DNA of 40,849 bases, taken from the NCBI RefSeq assembly GCF_001194135.2, contig NC_068988.1, forward strand, positions 43,358,203 through 43,399,051, read 5' to 3'. The position numbers and the translations under genes were made by a program. Of this stretch, positions 1-13,227 are shown one piece after another. The notes beneath the pieces were generated by a model. That model searched no databases. It was not told where the DNA came from and saw only the letters and a program-made list of their open reading frames with translations. Origin of the DNA: Octopus bimaculoides (lineage: Eukaryota). Positions within the stretch are counted from its first letter, which is position 1. Every line of letters begins with the position of its first letter.

Positions 1-40
<40 letters not shown>

Positions 41-363
41 GTGTGTGTGTGTGTGTGTGTATTTATACATGTATGTATATTTACACATAGGAAAATATTT
101 TGTGGCTCAGTCGGTTCTCTAGTCAAGTTTGTCGTCTACTTCTTTATTATTCACATATGTATCAGTGAGCATGTGTGAGTGTGTATGTGTATGTCTATTT
201 TGAAATACGTGCTTATAAGTTTTCGGTTACATTACATCAAAGTTGAAATTTCTCAAATATTGTAAATTTGCGCACAAGCATATACACACAGGCACGCACA
301 TATGCCCACTTAAAAATACACATATGCTTTTATATACATGCACATACACATATGTATATGATA

Positions 364-397
<34 letters not shown>

Positions 398-494
398 ATG
401 AATTATTTAGAGAGATGTAAGTGTGTGTTATGCAAGCGCATAGATATTTTCATAATTTCATGTATGTGACTCTCCGTCTCTCCCCTCTTCCTCT

Positions 495-528
<34 letters not shown>

Positions 529-883
529 TTCTCTGTTTCTCTGTTTCTCTGTGTCAGTGTGTGTGTGTGGGGGGGGCTGATGCTTCCTAGAAAATTTGTA
601 AAAAGAAACAAGAAATCTAATGACGTCATCACCATTCACAATCAGCTGTAACAACGACGGAATTTGAATTTCAAGACAGCATAACTTGACTCAATAAATA
701 AAGGAAACGAACATTACATGTATAAATATACACACATATGTACACAACATAGACATACATGCATATATATACACATATATACATATGTCTATACATTAAC
801 ATATATATATACATATGTGTGCGTATATATAGATATGCATACATATATGTATATATATGTATATACATAATATATATATGTGC

Positions 884-916
<33 letters not shown>

Positions 917-1128
917 AGCAGCAAGGAAACCAACGACAATGGCGGCTATAAGTAAAAGCTGTCAATTTTTTTTTCGCCAATATGGTACCAAGTGTCACAG
1001 ATGAATACAGCATTGAGGGACAATCGTTGTATAATTTTTTCTTATTTTTTCCTGTTGACATTTGGCATATATTTAATGGAACGGCGCAGTTCGACAGCAA
1101 GCGTAAACAAAAATAAATAAATGATTGA

Positions 1129-1174
1129 GATGACGACGACGACGAGGACGAAGATGATGCTGATGATGATGATG

Positions 1175-1250
<76 letters not shown>

Positions 1251-1352
1251 TAATAATAACAATAACAACAGCATAACCGCAGTAAAATGACTGAAACAAG
1301 TAAAAAAATAAAAGAATTAAAAAACAACAATAATGATACCAACAACAATAAA

Positions 1353-1427
<75 letters not shown>
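1129..1427. repeat. Compound trinucleotide microsatellite (GAC/GAG/GAT grading into (AAT)n and AAC), interrupted by a SINE 3' tail fragment
   Basis: Read directly from the sequence. It accounts for the poly-I/Y/L/N ORFs at 789-1583. Confidence 0.97.
1269..1315 (+). mobile_element. Extreme 3' tail fragment of the OR-type octopus SINE (or of its RTE partner LINE)
   Basis: cagcataaccgcagtaaaatgactgaaacaagtaaaa..taaaaga matches the in-window tails at 16800-16836 (cagcatggccgcaatctaatgactgaaacaagcaaaa) and 39001-39055. Confidence 0.75.
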
Positions 1428-1428
<1 letters not shown>

Positions 1429-1962
1429 TGCGGGAGATTGCAATTTTCAGAATATCAAAGAATATCAAAAGAGTCACAGTTTTAAAAGTTTTTCAAGAAT
1501 CGAAAACTAAAATGTCTTTGACGCAATCATTTGTCTTACCACTATTTCTAGGCCGCAGCACATCACCAAAAAAACACTACTAAATTCAATAGATACCTAC
1601 ATACAGACAGACGCACACACATCACGAGGATGTGAATGTATAAAAAAGTGATCATAGAAAAATGGATACTTATACATATATACATATATACATACATACA
1701 ATCATGCGTACAGACATACATACATACATACGCACACATATGCATATATATATATATATATATATGTATGTATATATACATATATATATTTGGAGAGAGT
1801 GAGAGAGATAGCTATATATATANNNNNNNNNNNNNNNNNNNNNNNNNNNNNNNNNNNNNNNNNNNNNNNNNNNNNNNNNNNNNNNNNNNNNNNNNNNNNN
1901 NNNNNNNNNNNNNNNNNNNNNNNNNNNNNNNNNNNNNNNNNNNNNNNNNNNNNNNNNNNNNN

Positions 1963-2193
1963 CTTCTTAATATATAAAATCCGTTCTTTCTGTCTGTTTC
2001 TGCGCTTATAACTCGAGTATTGTTTATCCGATCGCCCTGAAATTTTTTAAATGGATACCTGAGAGAGCAGGGCGTTCTGTAATCTAGAAAGATTTTCAAA
2101 ATCTTTAGTTTCAAATATGAGAACTACTATTTTTGTAATCTTTAATGTCCTGTTTGTTCCGCCATTAAAACAACCAGTTGCTCAGACAGCTAG
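1963..2193 (+). mobile_element. Probable non-autonomous Helitron/Helentron-like element (5' part clearest)
   Basis: Order of motifs: ttcttaatatataaaa, a (CTGT)-type tract, ataactcgag, then ccgatcgccctgaaatttt. This is the 5' layout I recall for non-autonomous Helitrons (Lep1/DINE-1 type). There is a perfect 9-bp palindrome aaagatttt-c-aaaatcttt at 2088-2106 and a candidate cagCTAG end at 2190-2193. The 5' end abuts an N gap. Confidence 0.45.
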
Positions 2194-3724
2194 CACATAC
2201 CATTCCGCTAGCAACAAGGGGAGCACAGGATGGCAGTCAGCCAAAACCGTAGCTGTTTGAATTCTCTGTATTATGTTTAGTTATAATAAAAATAATTTTA
2301 CGTTAATCTGACGGGTCTTTCTATAATTTTGTAGAGCATACACATACATGCAAACACCCAGCATACACATACATGCAAATACACAACACGCGCGCGAGCA
2401 TACACACAGCATTCGAAGCAGTTGCATGCTGGTTTAAAATTCCTCCAGAAAAGTGTTTTAATCATTAGAGAATTTTGTACATCGATCAGTGGATCAATCA
2501 CTTCAGGCGATTACATATACACTACATACGTAAACAACTTACAAATTATTGCATTTTCTTTTACACTTTCTTCGTTTGTATAAATCTATATTGTACTATA
2601 TTACTTTATATTTTACTATACTAATATTGAAGATACCACACTCTACTCAAGGAATGATCAGACTAGGATCATATTCCATTCAGCAGATAAGGGCCCTTAT
2701 GGTCTAAAATATTAAATAATAACTATTACTAACTCCTACTGAAATCTAAGTCGACTTCACTAGAATAAATAACTACACACTTGACTTCAGCGAAGAAAAA
2801 TACCGACATTCATGGCTGGTTGAGCAGGCGAATAAACAATCGACTTACACTTGAGTGGACAACTACACTCAACGGAGAGTGATTATTAATAACGTTAGAT
2901 AACATTAACATTGTTATCCGTTTTTACCCTTCCTCTAATCTCCCCCGACACTCCCACCTAAACCACCACCGAAGACCTCCATAACCCCCACCCCCACCGC
3001 AACATCTGAGATTGTACGATATGTCAACATAATTTCGTAAAACGTTATTCAAATGATAAATGGTCGCTCTCAATTCCACGGAGACACTTGTCATGTGATC
3101 TTTTCTGAAGATCTGATATTAACTTACAAATTACCATTCCGTTACGTCTTTAATATTTAATATTCCTCTATTCTCTAATTCCTTGCTCTCTGTCTCCCCC
3201 CCCCGCTTCCTTCCATCCTTCCTTCCTTCCCTCCTCGCTTTCTTTTATTTATTTATCCTTTTCTTTCTTTCGTTCTTTCTTAATTTAAAATCTTTGCTCT
3301 GGTTTGTTGCATGTAATGTTTGCATGAATTCTCACGGTTCAGTAATTCATATGCGTGTATCTGTGTGTAACTGTCTACTTCTTAATATATGCATGCGTGT
3401 GCGTCCGTGTGTGTGTATGTGAATGTATGGGTGTACTATCATATGAAGTTAAATGTGTAAATATAGATATGCATATGTATATGTGTGTGTATGTGTGAAA
3501 TATGTGTCTGTAAACTTCGTACGTAGGTGTATCCACGCGTGTGAGAACATGTGTATGACAAAGATATATACATGTACGCACATACACATATGTGTGCACG
3601 GGCGTGAGTGTATGTATGTACGGATGTATATTTTTCGCCTTATGTTTAAATGAAACAAATAGGCCAGTTTAACAATTGATTGCACAGGCAGGAGGAGACA
3701 AGAACAGCAGTATATATGTGTGTG

Positions 3725-3755
<31 letters not shown>

Positions 3756-4513
3756 NNNNNNNNNNNNNNNNNNNNNNNNNNNNNNNNNNNNNNNNNNNNN
3801 NNNNNNNNNNNNNNNNNNNNNNNNNNNNNNNNNNNNNNNNNNNNNNNNNNNNNNNNNNNNNNNNNNNNNNNNNNNNNNNNNNNNNNNNNNNNNNNNNNNN
3901 NNNNNNNNNNNNNNNNNNNNNNNNNNNNNNNNNNNNNNNNNNNNNNNNNNNNNNNNNNNNNNNNNNNNNNNNNNNNNNNNNNNNNNNNNNNNNNNNNNNN
4001 NNNNNNNNNNNNNNNNNNNNNNNNNNNNNNNNNNNNNNNNNNNNNNNNNNNNNNNNNNNNNNNNNNNNNNNNNNATATATATATATATATATATATACAT
4101 ACACATACATATGTAGAAATATATACATGTGTGTGTTTTAGGGTTACACATACATACACAAACGTATGAGAGAGAGTGTGTGCGTGTGTGTGTGCGTGTG
4201 TGTGCGTGTGTGGGGGTGTGTGTATGTGCGTGTGCGTGTGCGTAGTGTTCCAGGGTATATACATGTGTGCGCTTACGCGTATATGAATTTGTAATGCTGA
4301 TACATTTGTTGGCAATGGTGATGGTGATGGTCGTGTGTGGATCGTTTTGGTGGACGTTGTAGGTGGCGGGAGGGCGCATACTTCCGGAGGTAGTGAAGAA
4401 GCGAATAAGGTGAAAGAGAGGAGAAAGCGAGCAGCAAAAATGCCAGGAATTATTATAATGTAGTCTTGATTATCACTTAGCGATGTAGAACAAAGTGTTA
4501 CGTATATATGTAT

Positions 4514-4544
<31 letters not shown>

Positions 4545-4608
4545 CATACATATATACATATATACATATACATATGTATATATATATGTATATATATATA
4601 TATACACG

Positions 4609-4659
<51 letters not shown>

Positions 4660-4682
4660 GTTGATGGTGATATCGGTGGATT

Positions 4683-5258
4683 TTGGTAACAATGACGGTT
4701 ACGATGACGACGACAGTGGTGTCGGAGTTGTTTATGATGCCCGACAAGGGCTGCGGGGTGATGCTGGCAACATCGACGATGACGACAATAAAATTGGTGA
4801 GGAGGAGGAGGAGGAGGANNNNNNNNNNNNNNNNNNNNNNNNNNNNNNNNNNNNNNNNNNNNNNNNNNNNNNNNNNNNNNNNNNNNNNNNNNNNNNNNNN
4901 NNNNNNNNNNNNNNNNNNNNNNNNNNNNNNNNNNNNNNNNNNNNNNNNNNNNNNNNNNNNNNNNNNNNNNNNNNNNNNNNNNNNNNNNNNNNNNNNNNNN
5001 NNNNNNNNNNNNNNNNNNNNNNNNNNNNNNNNNNNNNNNNNNNNNNNNNNNNNNNNATGATGATAATGATGACGACAACAATGACGACGACAAGGATGAC
5101 GATGACGATGATGATGATGAGGAGGAGGAGGAGGAAGAGGAGGAGGAGGAGGAGAGGAGAAGGAGGAGAAGAGGAGAAGGAGGAGAAGGAGGAGGTCGAC
5201 GACGACGATGATGACGAAGACGACAATAACAAGGATGACGATTACGACGGTGATGTCG

Positions 5259-5297
<39 letters not shown>

Positions 5298-5314
5298 ATT
5301 ATTATTATTATTAA

Positions 5315-5350
<36 letters not shown>

Positions 5351-5392
5351 CATTATTATTAATATTATTATTATCATGATCATGATCATATT
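4683..5392. repeat. Compound trinucleotide microsatellite (GAT/GAC/GAG/TAT) spanning the gap at 4819-5056
   Basis: Read directly. It produces the spurious 646-aa and 262-aa ORFs. Confidence 0.95.
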
Positions 5393-6211
5393 AACAATGC
5401 TGTCTCAGATTACCATCTTAAAATGTTAATCGGCTGTTTTCTATCCGGGATTGAACGCGGATTAAAAAGTACAACACTCCGTTATAATGGCGGCTAACAA
5501 CCCAATCATACATCTGCAACAAACACACCCATACCCATGCAAGCACACACAGACACTGTATAGACACACTCCCGCACAATCAAACATAGGCACACATACT
5601 TATACGTATTAGGTACCCGTAGGCCCCCCACCCACACACACAGTTCGAATCCGAAATGCACCCAAGCTCAAGGGTAAACACACAACCTCACACATACACC
5701 CTTGCTGTCTCACACCTTCAGTCCTTTGCACACACATACATGTACCAATATACAAATACATTTGTGCGCATGCTGACGCGCATGTAATTATCAATACGTG
5801 CACGGACGTTTACACAAATCCACACACAAAAATATGTGGAAGGGAGTGAACTCCAAGGTCTTCTACCTCCACTCTATCTTTTAAGTAGAAAATATCGAAG
5901 AATACAAAAGTTTTAGCGTGGATTTACAGCTATTTATTGGAATTGATGTAAATGATAAAACCCTATTTATCAGTTATTGCATTGATACCATATTCATTGA
6001 TTGGCAGTAAATAAATAAATAAATAAATGAATAAATAAAGTGAGACAGGAATATGCTACTATACCTCCTTCGTTCGGAAGATCAGACCGGGCTCTTTAAA
6101 ACGTTGTTTCGAAATAAACGTAAAGGATTATGAGGGAAATATGAAACAACTTTGATCAGAAAGGATTAAACAACGAACACAGTCGTGCCTTCAACATGGA
6201 TTTTTTTTCTT

Positions 6212-6364
6212 TCCGTAACTAATGTTTTTGGCAACAGAGACTGACAGAATGAGAATCAAAAATTTGAAAATAAGCACAGAGTTAATCTGTTCGACAAAAC
6301 CCTCTTCAAGGCAGTGCCCCAGCTTGGCCGCAGTCTGAAAACTGAAACGAATAAAAGATAAAAG
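6212..6364 (+). mobile_element. Diverged 3' half of the OR-type octopus SINE
   Basis: tccgtaacta..ggcaacagagactgacagaat..ttcgac..aaggcagtgccccagcttggccgcagtc..actgaaacgaataaaagataaaag aligns with the copies at 19539-19756 and 38851-39055. Confidence 0.8.
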
Positions 6365-6976
6365 CTGTCTCCTTAATTTCCTTTTCATCTTTCTCATCCC
6401 GCTTCGTAATATGACGAAACGATTAACTTCTTTGTAATAACTGCAACTGTTAGAGGGAGCCCATACGTTAGTTTAAATTGTTTAGCACAATAATGTACAC
6501 TCACACCGTTTCCACAAATACATCGAGGCCTAATAAACCCCAAACATACTCAAGTTATTTCCCCTACATGTCGATACGATTAATATATTTAGTTATTGTA
6601 CTAATTATATATTTTCTTCAACACATAACTATTTACAACCAGATCTTTAATACTCACAACATTAAATATATTAACGCAAACATAACTGTAGTTTTATATA
6701 ATTTTAAACCTTGCTCTTGTAATTTCTACCAATAAGTGATACTGACAATCGTTTATTTTGTTGTATGAATTAAAATTTATGGTTATTCACTTGTCAAAGA
6801 GAATTCTAAATTCTCTTCTAACTACAGATTTATCCACAAATATTTTAACAGCCATCTCTGTAGACATTGTCCACCTCCTGGCGTGTATCAGGCTTTTATT
6901 GGTGGTTTTAGAAGAAAACGATCGGATAACCAGTGTATGCATTATTTTCTATCCTCATATATGATTGCGTGCGTAT

Positions 6977-6983
6977 ATATATG

Positions 6984-7025
<42 letters not shown>

Positions 7026-7179
7026 TGTATGTATGCATGTATGTATGTATGAATATATGTATGTATGTATGCATGCATGTATGTATGTATGTAAGTATGT
7101 ATGTGTGTATGTAGTTATGTATGTATGTATGTATGTATTTATGTATGTGAATGAATGTCAGTCTGTATGCATGTATGAA

Positions 7180-7264
<85 letters not shown>

Positions 7265-7353
7265 ATGTATATAGTATAGATACATATATATAGATAGACA
7301 GATGGATAGCTAGATAGGTTGATAGATATACAAACAGATAAAAAGGCAAATAC

Positions 7354-7395
<42 letters not shown>
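6977..7395. repeat. Compound (AT)n/(ATGT)n/(GT)n/(GATA)n microsatellite block
   Basis: Read directly. Confidence 0.95.
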
Positions 7396-7414
<19 letters not shown>

Positions 7415-8383
7415 CAGGCACGTAGATATAAATACACACTTAGGCACGCACATATCGACTTTGATAAATATAGAATGCATAGAATGCTCATAAATATAAC
7501 AGCCATTAGTATTATAGATCGCATATACCTACACACACACAAACACACACATGCATCCATATACATGCATACATACATACATACATTTNNNNNNNNNNNN
7601 NNNNNNNNNNNNNNNNNNNNNNNNNNNNNNNNNNNNNNNNNNNNNNNNNNNNNNNNNNNNNNNNNNNNNNNNNNNNNNNNNNNNNNNNNNNNNNNNNNNN
7701 NNNNNNNNNNNNNNNNNNNNNNNNNNNNNNNNNNNNNNNNNNNNNNNNNNNNNNNNNNNNNNNNNNNNNNNNNNNNNNNNNNNNNNNNNNNNNNNNNNNN
7801 NNNNNNNNNNNNNNNNNNNNNNNNNNNNNNNNNNNNNNNNNNNNNNNNNNNNNNNNNNNNNNNNNNNNNNNNNNNNNNNNNNNNNNNNNNNNNNNNNNNN
7901 NNNNNNNNNNNNNNNNNNNNNNNNNNNNNNNNNNNNNNNNNNNNNNNNNNNNNNNNNNNNNNNNNNNNNNNNNNNNNNNNNNNNNNNNNNNNNNNNNNNN
8001 NNNNNNNNNNNNNNNNNNNNNNNNNNNNNNNNNNNNNNNNNNNNNNNNNNNNNNNNNNNNNNNNNNNNNNNNNNNNNNNNNNNNNNNNNNNNNNNNNNNN
8101 NNNNNNNNNNNNNNNNNNNNNNNNNNNNNNNNNNNNNNNNNNNNNNNNNNNNNNNNNNNNNNNNNNNNNNNNNNNNNNNNNNNNNNNNNNNNNNNNNNNN
8201 NNNNNNNNNNNNNNNNNNNNNNNNNNNNNNNNNNNNNNNNNNNNNNNNNNNNNNNNNNNNNNNNNNNNNNNNNNNNNNNNNNNNNNNNNNNNNNNNNNNN
8301 NNNNNNNNNNNNNNNNNNNNNNNNNNNNNNNNNNNNNNNNNNNNNNNNNNNNNNNNNNNNNNNNNNNNNNTATATACACATAT

Positions 8384-8547
8384 ACGACGGGCTTCTTTCA
8401 GTTTCCGTCTACCAAATCCACTCACAAGGCTTTGGTCGGCCCGAGGCTATAGTAGAAGACACTTGCTCAAGTTGCCACGCAGTGGGACTGAACCCGGAAT
8501 CATGTGGTTGGTAAGCAAGCTACTTACCTCATAGTCGCTCCTACGCC
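8384..8547 (-). mobile_element. 5' half (tRNA-derived head plus body) of the OR-type octopus SINE, young copy; the 3' half probably lies in the gap 7589-8370
   Basis: The reverse complement reads ggcgtaggagcgactatgaggtaagtagcttgcttaccaaccacatgattccgggttcagtcccactgcgtggcaacttgagcaagtgtcttctactatagcctcgggccgaccaaagccttgtgagtggatttggtagacggaaactgaaagaagcccgtcg. It has a B-box-like ggttcagtccc and is homologous to 38260-38420 and 33640-33686. The family name is from recall of octopus tRNA-Arg SINEs. Confidence 0.9.
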
Positions 8548-8653
8548 TATATATACACAAACACACACACACATATATATATACATACATATATGTATAC
8601 AGACACACACACACACACACACACATACACACACACACACACACATACACACA

Positions 8654-8687
<34 letters not shown>

Positions 8688-9177
8688 TGTGCATTCCACT
8701 TTTGAAACGGGATCTTAATTTATCACACACTGATTTATATCAAGTTAACACTTCTTTATGTAAGCTCTTAAATGAAACACACAATGAAACACACACAACC
8801 AAACAAGAACACACGCAGTACTATGTGAACTTGCTGCCATATAACCGTATCAAAGACCTGCATATCTTCAGTGATTTACAAGACCTTTTTACAGTTATCA
8901 TGTCTATTCTTTCCTCAAACCATTCTCGACATGTTAGCCACGAAGAGAATTTTTTACAAGAACAACTTGCTCCAAATTATTTACTTACTTTCCGTCGCGT
9001 TTAATACTTTGTACGTACGTGCTACATATCCGTGTCCACCCCTGCCGGTCCTTGTCCTTCTGAGACTCGGAACTAACAAGATATTTGTCACAATAAATAA
9101 ACGAACAGTTTTGCTGGAACTGTGAATGCCTGAATGTGGAAAAGGGTAAGAAATATGGAACTGTCTGGTTCGGCTAT

Positions 9178-9348
9178 AACAACAACAACAGCAACAACAA
9201 CAACAACAACAGCAACAACACCAGCAACAATGGCGACATCAACAAGAAGAAGAAGAAGAAGAAGAAGAAGAAGAAGAAGAAGAAGAAGAAGAAGAAGAAG
9301 AAGAAGAAGAAGAAGAAGAAGAAGAAGAAGAAGAAGAAGAAGAAGAAG
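9178..9348. repeat. (AAC)n tract followed by a perfect (AAG)35 tract (9244-9348)
   Basis: Read directly. It accounts for the poly-R/K/F/L ORFs. Confidence 0.97.
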
Positions 9349-9640
9349 AGAAGGAGGAGGGGTCGGAAGGAGACGAGGAAGAGGAGAAGAGGGAAGAAAG
9401 ACATGAATGTGGGAGGGGAGAAGAAGAAGGGGACGAAGGGAAGGTGGTGGAGAAGGAGGAGGAGGAGGGGAAAGAAGTAGAAAGGTAAGGATTATTATTA
9501 TTATTGTCACCATCATCATTTTATTATAATGAATTGTCTTGGGGTGTGTGAGTGATGAACAGGGATATGTTCTCTTCGTAAACAACCTTCATCTTCCAGA
9601 CTCAGAGCTCATCAACTCTTCTTAAGCAACCGATATCCCT

Positions 9641-9804
9641 CCATGCATTAACCCAACTACTAACTGATGCTCCTATACGATTAACTCCACTACCATCTGA
9701 TATTGCTATACCCATTAACTCTATCATCAGCTGATACTCCGAAATCCATTAAACCAAATACCAGTAGCGGCTCCTATACTATTCACCTAACTACCAGTAA
9801 CTAA
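9641..9804. repeat. Decayed minisatellite, about 5 units of 31-34 bp
   Basis: Units start at 9641, 9672, 9705, 9739 and 9773 and share the approximate consensus cctatac(c/g)attaactc(c/a)actacca(g/t)ctgat(a/g)ct. Confidence 0.7.
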
Positions 9805-10024
9805 CAGTAAGACAGTCACGCCTTGACTAATTTTTATTGCAGGAATTCTAAATATATTTTAATAGGGTGAATCAGCCATAGAATAATATATTCATTTATT
9901 GCATATAAAGGAGTGTACTTGGGTTTATAAAATATATAGGTTGTCAGAAAAAAGGGAAAACGCATGTATGTATATGTGTGTGAACGTGCATATCTGAGTG
10001 TGTGTGTGTGTATAAACACATTTA

Positions 10025-10055
<31 letters not shown>

Positions 10056-10999
10056 GTATATATACATATATGTGTATATATATATATGTGTGTGTGTTTG
10101 TATGTGTTTATATATATACGTATATGTACGTATGTGTATATATATATATAAATATATGTATATACTTAGCTAGAAAAATAGAGAGAGAGAAAGAGAGATG
10201 TGTGTATGTGTATGTATATATATGTATATGTATACATATATATATATGTGTGTGTGTCCGTGTCTGTCTATCTGTGGGTAAGTATGTATTTATGTATGAA
10301 AGCTTGTGCACACACGCATATACAACGTCTAAGTGTTTGTGTGAAAAGGTGCAACCTCCGGTCACTTTTGTACTGTAGTTGTTGTCTTAGTTGTATTAAG
10401 GGAAATTTTTCTAAATATTTCATTATTATTTTTACCATGAAAATGAAAGTTCCAGAAAGCATTTTTTAACCAGAACGTTTCTAACTTATGAAAAGTAGAA
10501 GAAGAAGAAAAAGAAGAAGACTATTATGCTTTGCATATACCATCATTAATAAGGTGAAATAGATTTTAAACATCAGGACATAAAAGGAAGACGACTAGAA
10601 GAAAAAGAAACGAGGTCATTTATATATGTCGGTTTTTAACATTGGGAATTAAAGAAATATATGAAAAAAAACATAAATCAACATCGAAGAAAGAAAAATT
10701 GAATATATAAGGATGGGGAGAAAGTGGGAAGAAAAATTAATGAAAAGAAAACTCTCCTGGTGAAGAGGTCCAAAAGAATATTTAAACTGTCCAATTGAAA
10801 TACGAAAGTTTATATAAATCCTAACTCATTTTCCAGATGTGTTTGTTCTCAGTAAATTTATTTAGATTTCAATTACAGATGTTTTAACATATTTTGGCTG
10901 CGTAATTTGCTTTCATCATATATCATTAATATGTATGCACGTTTGTATGAATGTTTATATATATACACTTATATGAATGCATGTATGTATGTATGTATG

Positions 11000-11064
<65 letters not shown>

Positions 11065-11403
11065 ATATATATTTGTGTGAATAGATACGTGTTATAATCA
11101 CATGCATGCAAATATATGTATTTATTCACATATCTTTACAGTTGTACGTCCATCCATATGCGTGTATGTATAGCTACTAACAAACACACATAGACACACA
11201 CACACAAAAGCACATACACAGTCACACACATATAATTAACTCAGTCTGTAATTTAAATTTTAATATTCAATTTAGCTTTCTCCCAAATTCCTCACACATT
11301 TAGATGTTCATAAAGACATCAAACGAAAAACTTGGAAGACACTCATGCACACACAAAAACACACACACGTACATATATATATTCATACATACATACATAC
11401 ATG

Positions 11404-11443
<40 letters not shown>

Positions 11444-11516
11444 GATACATATACATATATATATATATATATATATGTATTGATAGATAATGGATATAGA
11501 CATACATACATACATA

Positions 11517-11561
<45 letters not shown>

Positions 11562-12982
11562 CACTCATGTTGAGTGAAATGGATTCACAAAGAAAGAAGA
11601 TTATATCTATCTATCTATCTATNNNNNNNNNNNNNNNNNNNNNNNNNNNNNNNNNNNNNNNNNNNNNNNNNNNNNNNNNNNNNNNNNNNNNNNNNNNNNN
11701 NNNNNNNNNNNNNNNNNNNNNNNNNNNNNNNNNNNNNNNNNNNNNNNNNNNNNNNNNNNNNNNNNNNNNNNNNNNNNNNNNNNNNNNNNNNNNNNNNNNN
11801 NNNNNNNNNNNNNNNNNNNNNNNNNNNNNNNNNNNNNNNNNNNNNNNNNNNNNNNNNNNNNNNNNNNNNNNNNNNNNNNNNNNNNNNNNNNNNNNNNNNN
11901 NNNNNNNNNNNNNNNNNNNNNNNNNNNNNNNNNNNNNNNNNNNNNNNNNNNNNNNNNNNNNNNNNNNNNNNNNNNNNNNNNNNNNNNNNNNNNNNNNNNN
12001 NNNNNNNNNNNNNNNNNNNNNNNNNNNNNNNNNNNNNNNNNNNNNNNNNNNNNNNNNNNNNNNNNNNNNNNNNNNNNNNNNNNNNNNNNNNNNNNNNNNN
12101 NNNNNNNNNNNNNNNNNNNNNNNNNNNNNNNNNNNNNNNNNNNNNNNNNNNNNNNNNNNNNNNNNNNNNNNNNNNNNNNNNNNNNNNNNNNNNNNNNNNN
12201 NNNNNNNNNNNNNNNNNNNNNNNNNNNNNNNNNNNNNNNNNNNNNNNNNNNNNATATATATATATATATATATACATACATATATATATATATCCCTATT
12301 TGCTTCGGTCTGTGTATATCTATACGTGAATGCGTAAATGCATATACCCACATTCACGCATAAGCCTTGTTAAATGTGTGTCGCTATGCAAAAGCAATGA
12401 TAGACTTTTAAGCACTTCTTCACTTGTTTGTTTAAGAATGGTTAGCATAACAGAAGGTTGGCAAATGTCAATAGCACCAGATTCTATCATGTATAATAGA
12501 TGCCTTTGAAAGGAATGGCATAGATTTTTGTATATAGTTATGTGTGCGTGTTTGTATCTGCGGTTGTGTGTCATATATGTGTTTTTATATATATATATAT
12601 ATATACACAAGCACACGAACACACTTATATATACATATACATATATATAAATATATATANNNNNNNNNNNNNNNNNNNNNNNNNNNNNNNNNNNNNNNNN
12701 NNNNNNNNNNNNNNNNNNNNNNNNNNNNNNNNNNNNNNNNNNNNNNNNNNNNNNNNNNNNNNNNNNNNNNNNNNNNNNNNNNNNNNNNNNNNNNNNNNNN
12801 NNNNNNNNNNNNNNNNNNNNTATATATAGGGAGAGAGAACATCTTACATTCTGTGTATATGTTTGCATGTATACATCCTTGTTTACGCACGCACACTCAT
12901 ACAACCACATACATATACATACACTCATAGGTTTTTTTGGGGTTTTTTTCATTTTAAGTTGTTGCAATATATGTGCCAACAA

Positions 12983-13208
12983 GGCGGAGAGCTGGCAGAA
13001 ACGTTAGCACGCCGGGCGAAATGCTTCGTGGGTATTTCGTCTGTCTTTAGTTCGGAGTTCAAATTCCGCCCAAGTCGACCTTGCCTTTAATTTTTTTTTT
13101 TTTTTTCGGGAGTCGATAAATTTGGTACCATTTACGTACTGGGATTGATCTAATCGATTGGCTCCCTCTCACTAAAAATTTTCGGGCCTTGTGCCTAGAG
13201 CAGAAAAG
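12983..13208 (+). mobile_element. Full-length Ceph-SINE-like (OK-type) tRNA-derived SINE with a 14-bp target-site duplication
   Basis: Head ggcggagagctggcagaaacgttagcacgccgggcg, B-box gagttcaaattcc, gtcgat..gtac..gatctaatcga core, tail gccttgtgcctagagcagaaaagaa. aatatatgtgccaa occurs at both 12966-12979 and 13209-13222. Confidence 0.92.
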
Positions 13209-13227
13209 AATATATGTGCCAAAGCTA

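Noticed and set aside
620-629. Palindromic CRE site ATGACGTCAT
   Set aside because: A single occurrence is compatible with chance in about 25 kb and has no supporting promoter context.
3449-5389. Long ORFs in the track (646 aa here, also 474, 343, 330 aa and others)
   Set aside because: They are made of microsatellite-encoded homopolymers or dipeptides and X from N gaps, so they are not real coding sequence.
5445-5500. Minus-strand B-box-like gttcaatcccgg, suggesting a tRNA or SINE head
   Set aside because: There is no cloverleaf and no convincing A-box or SINE body; at most a very decayed head.
5643-5652. Perfect B-box GTTCGAATCC
   Set aside because: There is no upstream A-box or tRNA stems, and it sits in CA-rich low-complexity DNA.
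9109-9151. Possible 37-nt plus-strand exon (FCWNCECLNVEK) with donor GG/gtaaga
   Set aside because: The acceptor lacks a pyrimidine tract, I recognise no homology, and such sites are frequent by chance.
12323-12530. Minus-strand peptide MIESGAIDICQPSVMLTILKQ resembling enolase-superfamily or armadillo-repeat segments
   Set aside because: The similarity is limited to about 10 residues, the following conserved residues are absent, and the splice sites are weak.
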